64,000 bases of DNA from Hemiscyllium ocellatum (lineage: Eukaryota): contig NC_083406.1 in assembly GCF_020745735.1 (NCBI RefSeq), forward strand, positions 21,946,255 through 22,010,254. The letters run 5' to 3'. Within the stretch, counting starts at the first letter, position 1, and each line of letters begins with the position of its first letter. The translations under genes were made by a program, and so were the position numbers. The notes under the pieces are model-generated. The model made no database searches, was not told the DNA's origin, and saw only the letters and a list, made by a program, of their open reading frames with translations. This document shows, piece by piece, positions 39,701 through 51,099 of the stretch.

Positions 39701-40149
39701 CATGGTTGTCATCACAAGCCAGCATTATATTTATTCTCTGCCAGTTTCCCATTGCTGTGAAATAAACGCATCACAATGTTAAATAAAGTCATTTAAAATC
39801 AAAGCATCCTTTCAACAATGTTTTAATTACTGCCAGCTAGCCTCCTGAGTGACAAAGATCTCTTGTCAGTGCAGCATCTTACTTTTTTCATTTTTAATTA
39901 TTGCTGTAATTCTTCTTAAGAGTAAAACTTTTAGTTTAATGACTGTCCCTCTGCCTCTTTTTATAATGTCTGTTTGGCTTTTACTCTCTTGTTGCATATT
40001 TTTGAATGGAAGACGGATTATTTAACTAAATAGTGCGTCCATATGAAAGTAAAGGTTATGCAAAACAAATGCCATTCATTTAACAGAAAAGGAACTGCAC
40101 AGAACTAAATTATCACAATTATATCCAGTTATCTCTCTTCATAATATTC

Positions 40150-40620
40150 TGCGTTTCTATTTTTGTTGCTGAAGAGGACAGCTCATTTTTTTTCTATAAT
40201 ATACTCAATTTCTGCTACTCACTTAACCTATCTATACCCTTTGCAGATTTGTTGTAACCACCTTATAACCTGCTTTCCTAGCTATCTCTGTAGCACCAGC
40301 ATTGGATTAGATCCCTTCATCCATAATATTAATAGTTGCAGCCCCAGCACCTATCCTTTTGTCCTTACCAGTTACAGTTTGCCCACCTGAAAATAATAAC
40401 CTGACTAACTTCTTCCAGTTCTGCTTCCTGAAATTTATCCTGTCCTCTGACCATGCTAAGATATTTTCCCAATAGCACAAGGTTCTTATTGAGTCATTTC
40501 ATTTCATGTGGCCCCTTGTTGAATGTGTTTTGAAAACAAATACACAAACACCCATTGGCGCCTCTTTTTGCACCTTGTATGATACTTTCTCATGTAATTC
40601 TGAAAAAAAATTGTCTAACA
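40150..40620 (-). mobile_element. Very decayed CR1 RT fragment
   Basis: aatagttgcagccccagcacc, cagttacagtttgccc, ccctttcagaaaatggtgttggct (reverse of SQHxFxKG). Confidence 0.5.
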
Positions 40621-41438
40621 TAATTTCCCTTTCAGAAAATGGTGTTGGCTGTGTTTGGTTGTATTATGATTTTCTAAATTCCCTGCTACTAACAAAAATG
40701 GATTTTAATATATTCTCAATGTGGTAAACCCAAAACACTTCATAGTTCTAAATTATTAAAATATTAAGACATTAAGTATCCTAATACCATGAATGTATTA
40801 TTATTTTTCATTGAGAAATTGCTGAAAAATAACTTCCAATGTATTATGATCATTAATTGTCCCTAACTTTCTTGAATGTCAGTAAAATAGCACAGTTTAG
40901 CCTTCGTAAGTTCTTGAGAATGTTGCAAAGCATCAAATAGCATTTATATCCATTGGTTGACTTTGGGTTTGGTTTTAAATTGTGGAATGGAAGTCCTGTC
41001 AGTATTCAAGATATGTGGCTGTGCCAGTTCATGGCAGCAGAGCCAGTTGTCACATTGAACAATTAGAAGAAGAATAGCAAGTGTTTCTCTAAGATGTATT
41101 GGAGGCCGAAAAAAGTCGTGAAACAGACGTGATTTAAAAAATGGTTCTAACCTTGTCATGGAATGGACATTGGATTGATTAAAGTTTTTCTAGAGTGATT
41201 GGGCCACCTTAAGACCAAGCAGACATGGATTGGTCTGTTGAGTCAAACAGAGTGTAATGTCTCTGATAGCTCATGAGTGTCATGTAAAGTGTCAAATGCT
41301 GTATACGTAATAGTCTCTACCTTCAGATTGCATGGCTACAGACACTACTGGGAGATGGTTCCATGCTAAGACTTTTATTTAAATAGATTGAAGGACATTT
41401 AATAAAAGGTATAGTTATCATTGGACTCTTGATCTTGA

Positions 41439-42032
41439 GCTGAAAAATGTGTTGCTGGAAAAGCGCAGCAGGTCAGGCAGCATCCAGGAGCAGGAGGATC
41501 GACATTTCGGGCATAAGCCCTTCTTCAGGAATGAGGAGGTTGTGCCAAGCAGGCTAAGATAAAAGGTAGGGAGGAGGGACTTGGGGGAGGGGCGTTGGGA
41601 ACGCAATAGATGGAAGAAGGTTAAGGTGAGGGTGATAGGCCAGAGAGGGAGTGGGGGCAGAGAGGTCGGGAAGAAGATTGCAGGTCAAGAAGGCGGTGCT
41701 GAGTCCGAGGATTGGGACTGAGATAAGGTGGGGGGAGGGGAAATGAGGAAGCTAGAGAAATCTGCATTCATCCCTTGTGGCTGGAGGGTTCCTAGGAGGA
41801 AGATGAGGCGCTCTTCCTCCAGGCGTTGTGTTGCCATGGTCTGGCGATGGAAGAGGCCAAGGACCTGCATGTCCTTGGCAGAGTGGGAAGGGGAGTTAAA
41901 GTGTTCAGCCACAGGGCGGTTGGGTTGGTTGGTGCGGGTATCCCAGAGGTATTCTCTGAAACGTTCCGCAAGTAGGCGGCCTGTCTCCCCAATGTAGAGG
42001 AGGCCACATTGGGTGCAGCGGATGCAGTGAAG
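41439..42032 (-). mobile_element. PLE 3' fragment with GIY-YIG domain and hammerhead
   Basis: CIRCTQCGLLYIGETGRLLAERFRE...EERLIF; core ctgaagaagggcttatgcccgaaatgtc at ~41501-41528; TSD ctcttgatcttga at 41426-41438 and 42033-42045. Confidence 0.93.
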
Positions 42033-43259
42033 CTCTTGATCTTGACCAAGGACATAAGCTCCCCAAAAGCCCATTGCCATTAAAATTGCATTTGGACAGC
42101 ACAAAATATTTTTACAATGTAATGAACATAAGTAGAAGAAACCATAACTTCTAAGGACATTTTTTAGCAAATGTTCAAGAGACAAAAAACTCAGAGCTTT
42201 GAGATTTAGCCCAAGTTGTAGTCCCTTGATTTCCTGTTGGAGTCTCACCTCAAATTCACCTCCAAACTGCATAGGAATTGGCATCTGTTAGTTTAATCTC
42301 AGTACATCTGCAGTTGTCAGATACTTTTCTCACGTGACAAATTTCCATCTCCAATACCCAGACTCCACTTTCAGTGTCAAAGAGTTTATTGAAGTTACAC
42401 CGATAGAAGAAAGCCTCTAGGGGCCCAAAGGTTTCTTCCTTGAACAAAGGAAACATATAAACTTCTATATATTTGTTTTTAGTCCACGGTTGACTATTAC
42501 AAACCCATCCTATTACATGTACATCCTATCAGTTTAATCGTGTGACTGCATGGTCAATATTGGACAACTCCAGGTCTTCCCATGATCTCACTATGTTTGC
42601 TAGACATCCCTATCACCTAACCTTGAACTTATTCAACCACATTCTAGTAATGCTGTCTTCTGCATCTCTTAACCAATCCTCCCAGTTAGAGGATGGGGCT
42701 TCCCCCTACTGCCCAAGGCTGTCTGTCCTTAGGAATTAAGTTAAATTCCTCAATGTCAGTTTACTGTTGCATTCAGAACTGCAGTAATCTGACAGAGGTA
42801 TATATAATATGTAGTGACAATTATCCTAAAGGGTTTTAATTATTATAGATTTTTCTTCTAATTTTAATAAATAACAAACTTTAAGCCAGCTGGTAAAAGG
42901 GACCTTTACCAAGGTTTTTCAAGGTATCAAGACAGTTTTTGATTCTGCGGGAATTCAATTAAATCCCTTGATGTAGAATACCTAAAACCTGCTATTACAT
43001 TCATATATGAATATACAGGTGTGCATATATGTGATTGCAGCCACTGAAAGGGTCTGATCTAATATAAGACTAACTTTTTCACTTCTATCCTATTTTATAG
43101 AACAAACTTTAAATTAGCTTGCACAAAGGCCTTCTATCAGTGCTTCCCTTATCCAAAATTTCTCAGTGTAAACAATGACTACATTTTGCTTCTTTTTAAT
43201 AAGAACTTATTGAGAGATTTCAAGGCACTTCATTATCTTTGGAATAACCCTTCAGAGGC

Positions 43260-43470
43260 CAGCATTCCATCACCAATCATCCCTTATTTACAAATGAATA
43301 GCCTTTGACAATAGCACTGCCTCTCACTGAGTCAGGCATCCGGGGATCAATGTCCCTGACATTCATTCTTTTATATAAGCCAGAGTTCCCTGATTGGACC
43401 AGCTTAACAGCCCCAATCAGGGAACTCGTATTCTGTGATGTCCAGCTGGCTCATTCCAAAGATTACAATC
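43260..43470. mobile_element. Probable solo LTR of an LTR retrotransposon
   Basis: cagcattccatcacc...ttattta...gagttccctgattggaccagcttaacagccccaatcagggaactc hairpin; resembles a common elasmobranch LTR (from memory). Confidence 0.5.
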
Positions 43471-44056
43471 TTATCTGGTTACTATGAGTATGAAGGCCAC
43501 AATTATGACTGTATAAATTACTATTTCAGCTAACAATCTTCTTCAGCTATTTTCACTTCAAATAAGAACCATGGGCAGCCATTTTATGTTAACTAGAACC
43601 ATGGGAAGCTGTAACACTTATAAAAGGATGGGAAGAAGTATAGTGTCAATAATGAGGTAAATATTTAATTCTAGGTAGGAATGTAAAGTGGCTATTAAAC
43701 TGTCAGAATGACTAGTCTCCTTATTTAGACTTATTCCTCACAGTTTTAAATTCATTTTTGCCTTAATAATCCCTATTTTGGTCAGGGCCAGCAAGGATAA
43801 AGGTCCTTCAAATGAACCTATTGCCACTGTTACCAGCAATTTTTGTTGGTGTCTTTCTAGGATCTGTTTGTTTTCTTTCCTAATAGACCTACTGGCCATT
43901 ATTCCCCAAGTCAGAACCAATGCTGGTTGTACTTTTATAACATGTGGTATTATTCTGATATAGGGGAGTGTTTTAACATACATCTTTTTGTTTTAACATT
44001 TCTGTTCCTGAAATTTTTGTTCTATGTTCTCTTCAAGATGCATAGTTTCTTTTGGC

Positions 44057-46017
44057 TTTCATGCAGAGGGTGGTACGTGTATGGAATGAGCTGCCAGAGG
44101 AAGTGTTGGAGGCTGATACAATTATAACATTTAAAAGGCATCTGGATGGGTATATGAATAGGAAGGGTTTAGAGGGATGTGGGCCAAGTGCTGACAAATG
44201 GGACTAGCTTAATTTAGGATATCTGGTCGGCATCGACGGGTTGGACCGAAGGATCTGTTTCTGTGCCAGTATCGCAATTAAACTCCATCTGCCACACCTC
44301 ATCCCCTTGACCCATTGATCAACATCCCATGGTAATCTGAGGTAACCTTTTTTGCTGTCCAATACATCTCCAATTTTGGTGTTATCTGAAAACTTGCTAT
44401 ATCACATCCAAATCAGTTATATAAATGATGAAAATCAGTAGACCCAGCACTGATCCTTGTGGCACTCCACTGGTCACAGACCTCCAGTCTGAAAATCAAC
44501 CATTCAAGCCAGTTCTGTATCCAAATGCTAGTTCTTCTTGTATTCCATGAGATCTAACCTTGTTAACCATTATCCTTTATCCCTGGAGGAACCTTGTTAA
44601 ATGCCTTACGGTCATGCTCTGCCCTCATCAATCCACTTTGTTACAAGAAATTCAATCAAGTTCAGGAGACATGACGTCCCATGCACAAAGCCATGTTGAT
44701 TATCCCTAATCAGTCCTTGCCTTTCCAAATACATGTAAATCCTGTCCCTCAGGATTCCCTCCAACACCATGCTCACCACTGATGTCAGGCACACCGGTCT
44801 ATACTTCCCTGACATTTCCTTACCACCTTTCTGGAACAGTGGCACTATGTTAGCCACCCTCCAGTCTTCTAGCACCTCAACTTTGACTACTAATGATACA
44901 AATATCTCAGCAGGCAGCCCATCAATCACTTCCCTCACTTCCCACAAAGTTCTAGGGTACACCTGATCAGGGCCTGGGGATTTATCCACTTTTATGCATT
45001 TCAAAATACTGTCAAAATTAGCCTTCCTCCACTTTAGAATTTCAACTTTTAGATCTTGTCTATCCTTTCCCATCATTCTTTTAAAACAAATAGAATTATG
45101 GTCACTGGCCTCAAAATGCTCCTCCACTGACACCTCAGTCACCTGCCCTGCGTTATTTCCCAAGAGTAGGTCAAGCTTTGCACCTTCTCTTGTAGGTACA
45201 TCCACATTCTGACTCAGAAACTTTTCTTGTACGCGCATAACAAATTTCCCTCCATCGAAACCCTTAACACTAAGGCAGTCCCAGTCTATGTTTGGAAAAT
45301 ATAATCCCCTACTATGATCACTCTATTATTCTTATAGATAACTGAGATCTCCTTACTAATCTGTTTCTCAATTTCCTGCTGACTCTTAGGGAGTCTATAA
45401 TACAATCACAATAAGGTGATCATCCTTTTCGTATTAGTACAGGAGCTGGGAGGTCATGTTGAGGCTATACACGACATTGGTTAGGCCACTTTTGGAATAT
45501 TGCATGCAATTCTAGTCTCCTTCCTATTGGAAGGATGTTGTGAAACTTGAAAAGTTCAGAAAAGATTAACAAGGATGTTGCCAAGGTTGGAGAATTTGAG
45601 CTACAGGGAGAGGCTAAGTAGGCTGGGGCTGTTTTTCCTGGAGCGTCGGAGACTGAGGGGTGACCTTATTGAGATTTGTAAAATCATGAAGGGCATAGAT
45701 GGGATAAACAGACAAGGTCTTTTCTCTGGGGTGGGGGAGTCCAGAACTAGGAGGAATAGGCTCAGGGTGAGAGGGGAAAGATTTAAAAGAACCTAAGGGG
45801 CAATATTTTCATGCAGAGGATGGTGTGTGTATGGAGAAAGTGGTGGAGCCTGGTACAATCACAGCATTTAAAAGACATCTAAATGGGTGTATGAATAGGA
45901 AGGATTTAGAGGTATATGGGCCAAGTGCTGGGAAATGGGACTAGATTGGATTGGGACATCTGGTCAGCAATGGACTGAAGGGTCTGTTATCATGCTGTAC
46001 ATCTCTATGACTCTATG
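44057..46017. mobile_element. Composite CR1/HER1 block: 44057-44266 (+ tail), ~44270-45430 (-), ~45433-46017 (+)
   Basis: Minus: PTREGAKLDLLLGN, DKSPGPD, QHGFVHGTSCLLNL; plus: LRGDLIEICKIM and 3' UTR. Confidence 0.88.
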
Positions 46018-46206
46018 GTTTAACTTGACTGCCTGACCTAGCCAATGTCTAGTTCTCTCCCAATTACTCAGTTAACTGTAGGATAAGGACTTCTTCTACT
46101 TCCTCATAGTCCATGAGGTAATTGTTGGACATGTCGAATATCTGGACAATTTTGGGTGTTTGTTGTAGGATATGCATCAAACAAGTCTGGCCTATAGTAA
46201 CTGGCA

Positions 46207-46445
46207 TTCTGGATTAGTGGTGCTGGAAGAGCACAACAGTTCAGGCACATCCGAGGAACAGTAAAATTGACGTTTTGGGCAAAAGCCTATCATCAGGAAT
46301 AAAAGCTTTGTCAAAGAATTATAACACTAGATGTAAGCTTTACATTAGAGCTGATCTTACAGATTTCATAGCAATTGGTAGAAATTAACATTCTCTCTGA
46401 TCTTCCATAATCAGATTTGTAAGGAATATAAACTGCACAACAAAA
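46207..46445 (-). mobile_element. Chimeric insertion: PLE terminus (46207-46303) plus inverted local DNA (46304-46445)
   Basis: 14-bp TSD tatagtaactggca at 46193-46206 and 46446-46459. Confidence 0.88.
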
Positions 46446-47292
46446 TATAGTAACTGGCAGGCAAAGAGTGAAGCCAAAATTGAGGAGTGTGATGATGTAA
46501 TGTAAGCTTCCAAGTTTGTGTGACATTCTTTTGGTCAATGCACTGTACTGTCCCTCCCTCTTCCCTTTCTTCTGATTAGGTGAAGTGTTTATTGGGGATG
46601 AGTGTTGAACGTATGAATGATTTCCAGAACACATCCTTCATTGTGGCTGAACTGCATTTGTCTCAGTCTCTCTGTCCTGAGTTAGTTTACCAGCTGCAAT
46701 GCTATTAATCCAGTCAGATCCCTTCCCCCTTTTGGATCTAGTTGAGATTGTCTTATCTGGTCTACTTTCCATAACCCACCTGCACACACAATTGTCCTTC
46801 TCGAACCTTTTTGGTATCATCTTGTTCCCTGACAATCAGGTACTTGATTGTTTTAGCATAGGTTTCCATCACCACCCTATTTGGTTGTGGTTCCATTGCC
46901 ATCCATCTCAAACCAGTCTGATGCCTTTTTGGTTTCCTGAGCTTCGGCTATGAGGTCTTTCATAGGTTCTCTGAGCTCTTTTTCATCTATCCTTTTAGGC
47001 AATCCATCAAAAATCCATGCCTGGTTTTCATTTCTCCTTTTGATCTACACCTCCTAATTTACTTTTGGGAAGTCTCATGTCTCAGTTCTAACTTAATTGG
47101 CAAAGTTCCCATTAAATGAGACACTTGCTTATCACTCATAACTTTTTAACTTCTGTTTTGCAGTTTATATTCCTTACAAATCTGATTATGGAAGATCAGA
47201 GAGAATGTTAATTTCTACCAATTGCTATGAAGTCTGTAAGATCAGCTCTAATGTAAAGCTTACATCTAGTGTTATAATTATTTGACAAAGCT
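46304..47292. repeat. Inverted repeat pair 46304-46445 / 47151-47292
   Basis: ~140 bp reverse-complement match with about 4 mismatches. Confidence 0.95.
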
Positions 47293-47704
47293 GACAAGCT
47301 TGGAAGCAGCTTCTCTCTCACTCAACTTTGGAAGGTCAAATAAACACAGTCTCTCTCAGTCTTGCAGCTGAAATTATAACTTCTTCTATTTACATGCTCT
47401 AATTTAGTTTAAAACAGAAATTTAGTTTTCAAATGGATTTTACTGTCTTCAGATCCCTTTCATTGACGTCTTCCTGACTAAATAATATAACACACATATC
47501 AAAATTCCATTGGCAAGGAAGCAAATTAATCATTTTTACAACTATGAATAGTTTATAATAATAGCTTTATGAAAAATGATTTAGTTTTACACATTAAGGA
47601 AAGCATATCCAAGCATTCATTTGGAAAGCTTTAGTACACGACATTAGGAAGTTCAGGAAACTAAGACAAGTCTTCAGTTTTATAACAGGGTATTTTTTTT
47701 TCTT

Positions 47705-47790
47705 TTAGATTCGATACCCTACAGTGTGGAAGCAGGCCCTTCGGCCCAACCAGTCCACACCGACCCTCTGAAGAGTAACCCACACCGACT
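47705..47790 (-). mobile_element. HE1-type SINE tail
   Basis: ccctacagtgtggaagcaggcccttcggcccaac...tctgaagagtaaccca. Confidence 0.8.
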
Positions 47791-48683
47791 CTCTGATTAA
47801 AAATTGACATTTCCAGCAATTTGCGTTTCTGTTTCTGAATTCCAGCATCCATAGTTATTTGTTTTTTTTTGAGAATCATTTTGTGTTATTGAATTATAAA
47901 AATATGCATGTTTTGGAAACAAAGTTTGAATTGTTATTTATTTTCCAAGTGGGCAACTGGTGCAATGATACTGATCCAAAATGTGTTATACTACTTGAAA
48001 CTGAGCATAAATAATAGATTTTATACATTTTTTAAAACCATGCCAATAGTTTTGAGTATGCCTGGTCCTTTCACAAGATCTCAATCATTCTGTCCCAGCA
48101 CAGCATGACGAACTAATAGAGTAAGAATGACATAAGTCCTATTTGATCATAATCCAAGATGATTTAGAAGGGAAACGTATACTTTAGAAAGGCATGCAAC
48201 AAAACTGTAGTCATCAGAAAGTACTACTAAAGGGAGTTGAACTATGCAGGGCCCCAGAACCGTGAAACAGAAATGCTTTAAGGCTTGCATCTTTCATGAA
48301 CTCTCTGTTCTGAAGCATCAAAAGCTTAAATGTGTATCTCAAATTAATATCCATGTTATTAACTGAATTATGAAATATGAAAAACTGAACTCTGGAGAAA
48401 TTTTTCAACATACTCATGTGCAAAAGATACATTTACACACATTCATGCAGCCATTTTCTGAATGGAGCCAAATGTTTACAACTTGGACACAAATGGCATT
48501 TTAAATTCTCTTAAAGTTTGCCATAAACAAACATGTTTAAAATTGCATTAAAAGAAATCTTTGCTTATTTTCACAATAATTTTTGTTGCTCAATGATTTA
48601 ACTTCAAAATAAACTTATGAGCGAAAATTCTTAAAATCACTTTTTCTGATCTTGCAGTTGTAAACAAGAGAGCAAATGGTCAT

Positions 48684-48918
48684 CACAAACCAAAGCAGAA
48701 GTTGCTGGAAAACCTCAGCATGTCTGGCAGCAAAAGAGAATGGAAATCGGAGTTAACATTGTGGGTCTGTTGACCCTTGTTCTGTGGAAGAGTCACCGAA
48801 CCCGTAACGTTAAGTCTGGTTTCTCTTAAAGATGCTGCCAGCCCAGTTAAGCTTTTCCAGAAACTTCTGCTTTGGTTTCTGATTTACAGCACCTGCAGTT
48901 CTTTCAGTTTTTATTGAA
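48684..48918. mobile_element. PLE-derived palindrome, apex at degenerate hammerhead
   Basis: aaaccaaagcagaagtt...aacttctgctttggttt; apex ~48780; imperfect TSD caaatggtcat / caaatgaccat. Confidence 0.75.
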
Positions 48919-51099
48919 CAAATGACCATGGTCAAGTTAGGCTGTAAAGTAGTCGACTGGATTTCGATAGAAATTCTGGTCACAGGAGGGGCAGAGGACT
49001 GGAACACAGCTAAACTTGTACCATAATGAAAGACTGGTTAAGATAAACCAGAAAACTTGAGAAATGTTAAGAATCCATTCCTCAGGGTAACTTAAGACAC
49101 AAGAAGGAAAACATTATTCCCACATTTGTAAAAGATCAAGAGAAAACAAACAGAACTGCTATGAATTCAAGTGGAAAATTTATTGACCTGAGTTGTGTTT
49201 AATTGGGTTAAACTGCTTCTGTTTACCTTATTTTATATATTTGCCTACAATTTATGAAGGAGTACTGGTCATTTTCAAAATGTATTAATAATTGACTGCT
49301 TTATTCATTTAAATAAGACATCTAAAAACTGCAAATGCATGTTTTGCGGAATATTATTAAAAATAGCCAGAGGTCAAATGTACTTTCGGCATTTCACATT
49401 AACAATCACATTTCACAAAAAAATTCCCAATATTTATTAAAAAGTGACTTTTACAATTTAACTATAAATGACCACTCAGTGAACCTGGCAAGCTCTGATA
49501 GTGTTCAGTGTAGCATTCAGTTATTGATTGTTGAAGTGTTGAAGGCTGTTTTTTTGTTGAGTTGACTGGGTCTAACAAGTCCCCTATTGGCTTCAAGCAA
49601 TTGGCTTTAGGATTTAATGTTTGAAATAGCGTGTGGGGAAGCTGTTCACCTTTAATTGGTGGCAGGTAAGGAATGGAAATCAGATTCTGAAAATTTTAAT
49701 CTGATTCAGTCTGATAATTTGTTGTAGGAGTGAAAATAACAAGATTTGACAGACTTACTCTTTTTAAAATATGATGTTACAAGTTGCAGCTTGTGCAAAC
49801 TGAACATTTAGCATCTGTGAGAATGGATAAGTAACTGTGGATCTCCTGAACAAACTGCATTGAAGGTTTATGAAATTTACAGCATAAGGATTATGAATAT
49901 GTGGAGTAGATTAATTCAAAATAAACACTCAAAATACAAAAGGAGAAATTAAGAGGGAAAGATTAGGCTGAGGGAAAGCTTTAAAATGATTACTAATTGT
50001 ACTTTATTCATTTTTAAACAAAATACTTAAATTAAATGAGACTCCACACTTGTAATGGTTAGTGTTTAATGCCAGGAATATGGAATAAGTAATTAAAATA
50101 TCGCAGGGTTAAAAGGACACTTAGATTTCATGATTTCTTGTTGAGAGTTTGAATTGTACTCACTGTATAAGTATTGCAAATTTTCACCACTCAGTGCATT
50201 TCAGTGATGAGGTAGACAGTGTGATGTCCTATTTATAGAACCCACATGTAGTGGGATATCTCAACCAACAACCTTTGGATATCCGTGTTTAATTATGCGT
50301 CTTCCTTTGCGTGAAATTGCTTCTGTGCATTATAACTATTATTTGGAGAGCAAATTTAGACTGAGGTTTCACTGGCACTTTGATCAATAATGATTGGGCA
50401 GCTTATGTACATTGGGTAGATCCTGAGCCTGACATCACACTGCATTGGGGAACATTTGAGAATTAGAGCTGTGAATACTGCAAGGATGGATAGGGGTTGA
50501 GGTTGGTGCTCCAGCATGGCTTCTTTATTGTGATTCCAGTAGTGTTAAAAGTTTTGACAGATTCAGAAAGAGTATAGAACTGGGTCATCCCTCTGCTTCC
50601 TGCTCATGTTACACCAGATCCACCCTTTCTACTGTTTCATCTGTTCACTTTGGTTGGAGATGAGGAATTCTATTCTCGCTTTAAGAAAAACCTGATTTAT
50701 CAGTTCAAGCTTTCTAAGGTCCGAGTAATTATTCCTGACCAAATACAATCCTACTTGTTGTTATCATATAATCATCCTTCTTGTTAACTAAAAACAGTGC
50801 CTACTCCGCAGATACTCTAAGATGGTGTATCTGCTATTTCTATTCTTCCCCAACAATATAATTTATTCAGAAAAGTTGTTTAAAAATGCAAATACATTTC
50901 AAGTTGAATCTTACAGAATCTGCAAGAATATTCAACCTGTTCCATTAGAATGTGTTCAAACTCAATATAATTGAAGTAGACTTGATATATATATATATAA
51001 TATCACTAGATAGGCCCAATACAATGGAGAATTGGTTGCAGGGAGCCACCTCAAACACCCCTTACCCAGTACTATATACGGCTAGAGGTGGCACATACC

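Noticed and set aside
42260-42284. IPMQFGG as a mononegavirus L polymerase motif
   Set aside because: Seven-residue resemblance only; no GDN or other L motifs nearby.
46304-47292. Inverted repeat as TIRs of a DNA transposon
   Set aside because: The TSD brackets only the left arm plus the PLE stub, not the pair, and there is no transposase signal inside.
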